Below, one piece after another: positions 62,601 through 64,000 of a stretch of 64,000 nucleotides of DNA. Position numbers and translations under genes: made by a program. The notes below the pieces were generated by a model that did no database searches, was not told where the DNA came from, and was given only the letters and a program-made list of their open reading frames with translations. The stretch comes from an uncultured Clostridia bacterium. Lineage in GTDB: Bacteria > Bacillota > Clostridia > Christensenellales > UBA1242. Within the stretch, counting starts at the first letter, position 1; each line of letters starts with the position of its first letter. The DNA is taken from contig CAKVHW010000002.1 of NCBI GenBank assembly GCA_934754495.1, forward strand, positions 138,925 to 202,924, in the 5' to 3' direction.

Positions 62601-63102
62601 TTAGTTTTACAATATCGTTGTGTTTTGGAAAATATATACGGTCTTCAATTGTGTAGGCTTGTGTATAGTCAATGTTTTGGTTGGCATTATACACAATTTT
62701 TTTGTTGTCATCTAATACGATTTCAACATTATATTCAACTAGGTCAAACCTACCATATATTTGCATGTGTTCAGTAAGTTGGGCATTATAATCAAATGGA
62801 AACTTATAATCAATGTCTTTATACCAACCCACAAAAGTATAACCTTCCATATATGGAGCTGGAAGTGTAGGCAAAGTTCTGCCCTTTTTAACATCAATTA
62901 CTTCATACTCGGTTACGCTTTTTATTTCGCCGGTTTTGTATCTATTAACCGCAGTTAAAACAAGCCTAACCCTACTATAATAGTTTAGATACACTAGAAT
63001 TCCAATCAAGCAAAAAACAACCGCTATACTTACAAGCAGAATGTTTAAAAGGAGCCTATTTCTTTTGCTCAATTTTGCATTTTTTACTTTTCCAGATTTC
63101 AT
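50644..63102 (-). CDS. Giant (4,152 aa) N-terminally membrane-anchored surface protein with many Listeria-Bacteroides (Flg_new / InlB B-repeat type) repeats
   Basis: A single 12,459-nt ORF with a basic N-terminus and a TM helix (LLLNILLVSIAVVFCLIGILVYL). The repeat signature recurs more than 20 times, for example GYTFVGWY, GYTFEGWG...FYAVWKP, YEFVGWSE...LYAVWKP, GYKLIGWATTP...FYAIWEK and YTVKFDTNGD...GFNFAGYF...LQAKWVAK. Confidence 0.9.
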   Translation of the reverse strand: MKSGKVKNAKLSKRNRLLLNILLVSIAVVFCLIGILVYLNYYSRVRLVLTAVNRYKTGEIKSVTEYEVIDVKKGRTLPTLPAPYMEGYTFVGWYKDIDYKFPFDYNAQLTEHMQIYGRFDLVEYNVEIVLDDNKKIVYNANQNIDYTQAYTIEDRIYFPKHNDIVKLNDDTEISIDEYKRTNKYGYTFEGWGLSTSATTTYTDSIAMRAQNLTFYAVWKPIQVELRYKTLDLDFTGDKISQIRPRIDSASGGLTYNGRFETYMDLRTEFNQRVDTIPAPVDAYGNFKFAGWFLDPNFIVPLKTSQLYIKNGYLTMARDRDINILDDELYFDTSILTPAQRDTIKAYSSTDEKNSYVTLFAKWTLQEYTIKFDLNIPHGNNYIDTSGMTAILNHSFNSLIYSDDGTTLKRNVASQGWKIFGDDLESGVLYNENYFKDVVYRTNDPTGLPLYTILSWNTQRDGSGYNMAYGSTLYFDKDNFRVLDGEITLYAQWKSYHRINYYYIGDDSSRILLGTVNVGKNTISLPSFNDLVMGVGSKGNIQFTDDQIRLNKIERTYNIPFNKSFIGWMNSTTFISGFTNIYVPNYTYTVGNIRDDQGIYLNSAEKNLYTIWLANDNYYTYDMGENADGINYSSETNIKASLFDESGNQIVHHYDRTKSSYTLATVKNEKYQVSKTDNGTDYILWGWKLKDGYEISGQSTIKIEFNSNRPEFVYNLANYTDQMRNISTEVYIVGKVLLDTDTYYTIYNDVNDRSYIYLKIPARLLTFEAVWMENIVVSFKAGADDVEWLNGHNEDELTMLGAGDLYMTMPDLPKSYAKRPFYEFVGWSEKNREELGINYNEFIRDNAIYNAGQKYPVFSSDKTLYAVWKPVVFSLNINQLAMSSSVNYSAGVIYISKEKFTDGLKNVTDEVLFSGNIVSYVLADGTEKTITLNTSAVVGYGLAGWANSSNVELVKSGTGYAVSVLNDENHLFIDYPTSNQTFINIYPIFNILKFTVTFKFDGVGINKVDEQIVDDIGYGTSARSLLSRITMPTYKSGYEYAGWKVSGDKASDGTIRPEYIVDLKTSNLLVKSDIVLSLHAIIQSFSVRFIYNNPATNKTVKVSNYTIDYYDTLDSVMDEVNNQLSTLNFVGYNFNYWTVAGGGSSQSLSTLEGLRITCPYDIYPTYTSAELTLVYNYYSENSSNPDKLEQVKVNTYVGYGHTIVTGDFAVKPIKTDCLLAGWQVGDKVYKENDSLPLTIANIGDYIIERVEGGVKKYTLNIDAKWSEAVKLAFDLTGVTISVGGLPDELIVGKGDKLYFKNIGNISKLTKEQVTRDNGYGVFTGKWEDQFGKQYDAYLSSTYIQMDTSMVLKPVFEAQTYVINYYYRMSNKYSVLASATQSITADYNTPLNLHDKATLVNFIHGNYQLTSYDCVGLYLTKSAFESGDSSFAIAMGSAFDFANNAVLMALAENYNFKIYMDLRKFSTIEYYSDRQASSARTAVNILEGSEYIIGTSDLSLTQADIVPSKDGYTFLGWSTSLISQNVEFRNGEIITYNAQFVRLYPVWDVAKAVITYHNNDGTTIYLRETHNCFENFNLLGDTGLEGYKLIGWATTPNATVAEYEPNASFVVNTTDDVNFYAIWEKYYTIYYYNNLGDNTTLDEHIVTNFEFIPANFADTKLSEKTGSEFLGWSLDPVNPVLITSLMINSRNGLTVYLREGTITMDSADDYNLKLYAYWKTSYYSAKFMSYDNSGNATTYYGVAENPTSLSTTEKSYEFNETNSFVFSFPTTANYYEVGGVTYKFDGTWKDENGKIYTGTVSVVFNKNHTFTPVYKMVISLVFANESTEIYRTDDYLSGDKFNLNESALVNALKAYNTGLTGKAIIGWSLNGNYYSHLGAGDHGYNYHNWLSTLTVNSSATLEAVVVDLINVNVFKSISYDETTNKFTFDMSSMVVISGCVVGDYIDLSTYFIDGDYKTLGYVVNGVSDYVYNPNVEASVLASDFTIDESMMLGTYTLYAYPVIGVKVNYAVDVIDNIVKTDFIVMGTSAPNIDYVLGENYYLGNWQLDGSEYNGESIVKPVTLLALAMPYYTLQMDDPERRIDESLLFKKLTPNTKIVIPNEEDANYDRVGLTLLGWYIRSIGSNEFVMNGSDRRVFKFNEEITIQTLIDLGYPSSNYTYGLVPIFNYTFEKLTLANVYEAITYTISAGDGRTYYTINANGNYEFYLVKNSSIIASDTQLSFVGCMVADGKMVTENYNDVKAVVTISRHLTEGYESYVLNDGWYYYPENVKTGTNITIGSALTITASMPTANDVSASVGIANTQFNAVYDTLMAYFGEEKTYEYTSIVKAGTLVSVAMTLQDGYEFAGIVLNGSMTDITTTFNGTINISDNVVTINFRVNNSERIYLVVRPNENVKLTFKLNSAMVSDYSANKFSGTISIYYDDNFKWTLLESFDIDNIKNGTFTTTKTLKADTKVKVVVEVNSVLYYVKTITLTGTNNDTAVNTHTIEDVKVSLKPVFEITLLNRTYTIVDESGKELVAVSTIGDTIAIPFPTAESKANMVFGGYKVFSGNTSSGATFRKFVTSATTLNSDVVVGVTTFVTQQNVVVVLKATYRTMSYNVTVMGESGKSLIDGNVSKTYRVPYGSTITANANTLQMKVGEYSFTENGEISSSSVKNTTITLLPVGSYVFDKWVSETTTITTLVVSQNVTINGVVKAGKLNLNTTFNAVADSDGQLNTTAMLTVKLYDGIGADRTFTYGNINTAYTLTSVGTGSTFAFAVVSESGFNVTNVKIIYNNIDSSNFANLTEFANSCGIEITIEAIENGNKYSIKNAIYDVNVICDVARKTYDTKIMLIESTQSSDALNTLYASLKDSGENFADYVVGGNTSNITFTETTIINSAFRKTIKVGIVPNQDYFEIDKIYVNGVDVGTLSGVSFDITNNTLSLYAGGNNGTDQMITVAVKFKVMKVVFHKPDMSEFNGSELSGSLINPNSKFEFNSSISLSDSSFEQPKNVVVINGKSYKFVNWKYYNGNYELDQENGSVDMSKLSNIGTLNYTFSLANGNLHLFGKWANLYTVKFDTNGDNVSNMPSDINNLLVTDGINLSTIPTRTGFNFAGYFYVYNGKTYYLNYNSDFEKLVDSDGNVVAVNTDAILSDAVLINQLITTTQLNDDSASAYTLTLQAKWVAKQLSITLNYDPNMCDISQEVYQNVSYVAGNITFNYLDNLVVYSSTLDGKTTTNIMVYDYLSNLKGRIIITPKTNDNYELKEVKLNGKTISSASITAETNIIDVVCWGSFVEHNLDIEWDKLYSDAIKNTHYGSLGGQYGGSTYKYALKVSYTVYDITTKLETSENVFTLDMIRSDSSVYDIINESKVVNIYDNFDISKLAIKLRKGYGLKVVFDLINTPYFNENTKTYTYVNENLSESTGAVKFNLESKNVVITSSFVNSDVTDFGNVEVIYYTPNTANGVVADYTMQTINVSVSSDSSKTISVVTDSEITFNYSSNDYVLKNVNSNIVVDNSATIVSGFDNGQESYALKFDYKYIDYSFKIANVDYAKAYFRTTDSNKLKAFYKLVTYGFNSLDSATLSVLASDVSNVDNMSNILKTSTEYYTVGELIGTYRYSINENYVYLYSNGNSLANDLKNIWFEEWLLESTFGTGASEDNIAVSGLTSAVTINAGYSSAVWLTYKLEGDETGERAGINFLNNAGLTYYYNVINATTNNYEVDGNRYFSKIVLRVKDNTYLPHFELSYTTDYYVKENSTPKITGKIISTSNNGSANYYTDGLLEVELVSKIAVKELTLNVTTNVPAVGGGTVAGGSVKVTFATTYAQVLTELKLQLNYYLDDINISNYYSILGFYVENEKIDNDLTFEKYFDLIGEAYTNGNTIDVVVRYLENVKKSITINSTKSVNGVNAGDLGVSKTIYVVANTAITGTYSGNSDYVNNGFTGVEIGSYRKTTVIKNTTLYFGAKTNNLKLVFDEVSSTYSLVVMTTTLNTMFSDFKASEYTKNFSGLRFVYYSTNANDDGCKVDASGLYYVKALKTNSANTSVMGGSIVRQEYTSVLNDTIVVGDNVVLYAVYVPEISVTVSSENYTDLVGNKQVSYTRIEGAQESISSFVTNYYNVLISDGIDISNLEADYVLINGTKYNLFNDKGGYNYITVSGENLDIQVVWKEIE

Positions 63103-63129
63103 TTGTAGCTACCCTTTTTTATATATATT

Positions 63130-63158
63130 ATTATAATATATATAAACGAAACCGACAA
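63130..63158 (-). promoter_or_regulatory. Putative sigma-A-type promoter of the 4,152-aa gene
   Basis: The minus strand reads TTGTCG (63158-63153), a 17-nt spacer, then TATAAT (63135-63130), inside a TA-rich tract in the 72-nt gap. Confidence 0.35.
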
Positions 63159-63174
63159 ACAAAATTGTTATGTT

Positions 63175-64000
63175 TTACAATTTTGCTTCAATTTTTACAT
63201 TAAGGTTTACTTGTAAGTTTTCTAAAAAACAATTTTCATCTTCATATTCCGAAACATATTTTTTGTAGTCACTTGTTTTAAATTTATACAGCCTATCACA
63301 AGCCGAAAACATATCAACTTGGTTTTCTTTTGCCTTAGAATAAGCACTGCTTAAATCTGTTTGCATCTTTTTAATTATGGCATTTTTTACTTCATCACTA
63401 ATATGTGTTCTTGTTGCATCTATGCTTTTTAATGTTGTGTTACTGGTTTCCAACTCCAAAAGTTTTACATATAGTTTGCTTATAATATTAACCACTGGCA
63501 CACCATTTTCAAATTTATATTTTGCATCGGTATGTTTTTTCACAATTGAAATTCCCAAGTTTTTTGTGTTTTTGTCATCAACTTTTTCTTCAATTGTGAT
63601 GTGTCCTTTTTGCGTGTAAGGGTTTAGAATGTTCAAAACATTTGCTTCGTCACCTTGTAAGGTTAGTGCTTGCTTCCCCTTTTTATATAGCACAAAACTT
63701 CCGTCACACTTTATTTTTTTAGAACCTTGGCTTTGTTCACTTCCGCCACTTTCTCCACCTCCACCCTGTTCACTAGAGCCACTTCCATTGCTCCCGCCTT
63801 GGCTACTTCCACCTTGACTACCACTGCTACTTTCATCACTGCCTTCTTCTAATCCGACAATAGTCACCCATGCCATTTTGCTTTTAGAAAAATATCGTGA
63901 ATAAAACTCTTCAATATTCATTTCAACCACAGCAAGTGATTCACTACCGGTGCTTACAAGCTTTGCGAAAGTAATTCCATTTTCGTCACTATTCTCAGTG
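63175..64000 (-). CDS. Ger(x)C-like spore germination protein, C-terminal part; the N-terminus is probably beyond the right edge
   Basis: The frame stays open upstream of the track's GTG (63930) to position 64000. GSFVLYKKGKQALTLQGDEANVLNIL... and the tail ...KAKENQVDMFSACDRLYKFKTSDYKKYVSEY...LQVNLNVKIEAKL resemble the GerAC/GerBC family pattern. It contains a G/S/Q-rich insertion. Confidence 0.5.
   Translation of the reverse strand, partial: TENSDENGITFAKLVSTGSESLAVVEMNIEEFYSRYFSKSKMAWVTIVGLEEGSDESSSGSQGGSSQGGSNGSGSSEQGGGGESGGSEQSQGSKKIKCDGSFVLYKKGKQALTLQGDEANVLNILNPYTQKGHITIEEKVDDKNTKNLGISIVKKHTDAKYKFENGVPVVNIISKLYVKLLELETSNTTLKSIDATRTHISDEVKNAIIKKMQTDLSSAYSKAKENQVDMFSACDRLYKFKTSDYKKYVSEYEDENCFLENLQVNLNVKIEAKL

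Overview
AT-rich window using the standard bacterial code: TAA and TGA both terminate recognisable genes. It most likely comes from an endospore-forming Firmicute of the Clostridia type, inferred from spoIIID, sigH, cwlD, a SpoIIQ-like M23 peptidase and a GerxC-like germination protein. Almost every gene is on the minus strand.

Two giant surface-protein genes fill about 48% of the window.
- 1..18320 (-): an ORF of more than 6,106 codons that the supplied ORF track does not list, because its stop codon lies beyond the left edge. It encodes a lipoprotein with at least five reiterated GLUG-motif modules, Ig-like spacer regions and an aromatic repeat block.
- 50644..63102 (-): a 4,152-aa protein with an N-terminal membrane anchor and more than 20 Listeria-Bacteroides (Flg_new / InlB B-repeat type) repeats.

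The roughly 32 kb between them is compact, conserved core genome: ttcA, spoIIID, acpP, M23 peptidase, a UPF0104 membrane protein, PrsA-like PPIase, mfd, pth, a truncated GlmU-like protein, tadA, two CPBP proteases, a walJ-like MBL hydrolase, M1 peptidase, sbcDC, recR-ybaB-dnaX-sigH-rlmB-mrnC, cwlD, greA and a DUF378 protein.

Smaller points worth a second look:
- an HtrA-type protease interrupted by a single in-frame TAA;
- four unrecognisable genes between sbcD and recR, one of them with a dense Cys cluster;
- a Q/N-rich tail on the DUF378 protein;
- a degenerate half-length GlmU paralogue.

I recognised no rRNA, tRNA, CRISPR array, transposase or integrase. I cannot name a defined new multi-gene system with confidence. 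The best candidates are the two giant surface proteins and the orphan cluster at 40.8-43.5 kb. Coordinates of hairpins and promoters are hand-indexed and may be off by 1-2 nt.
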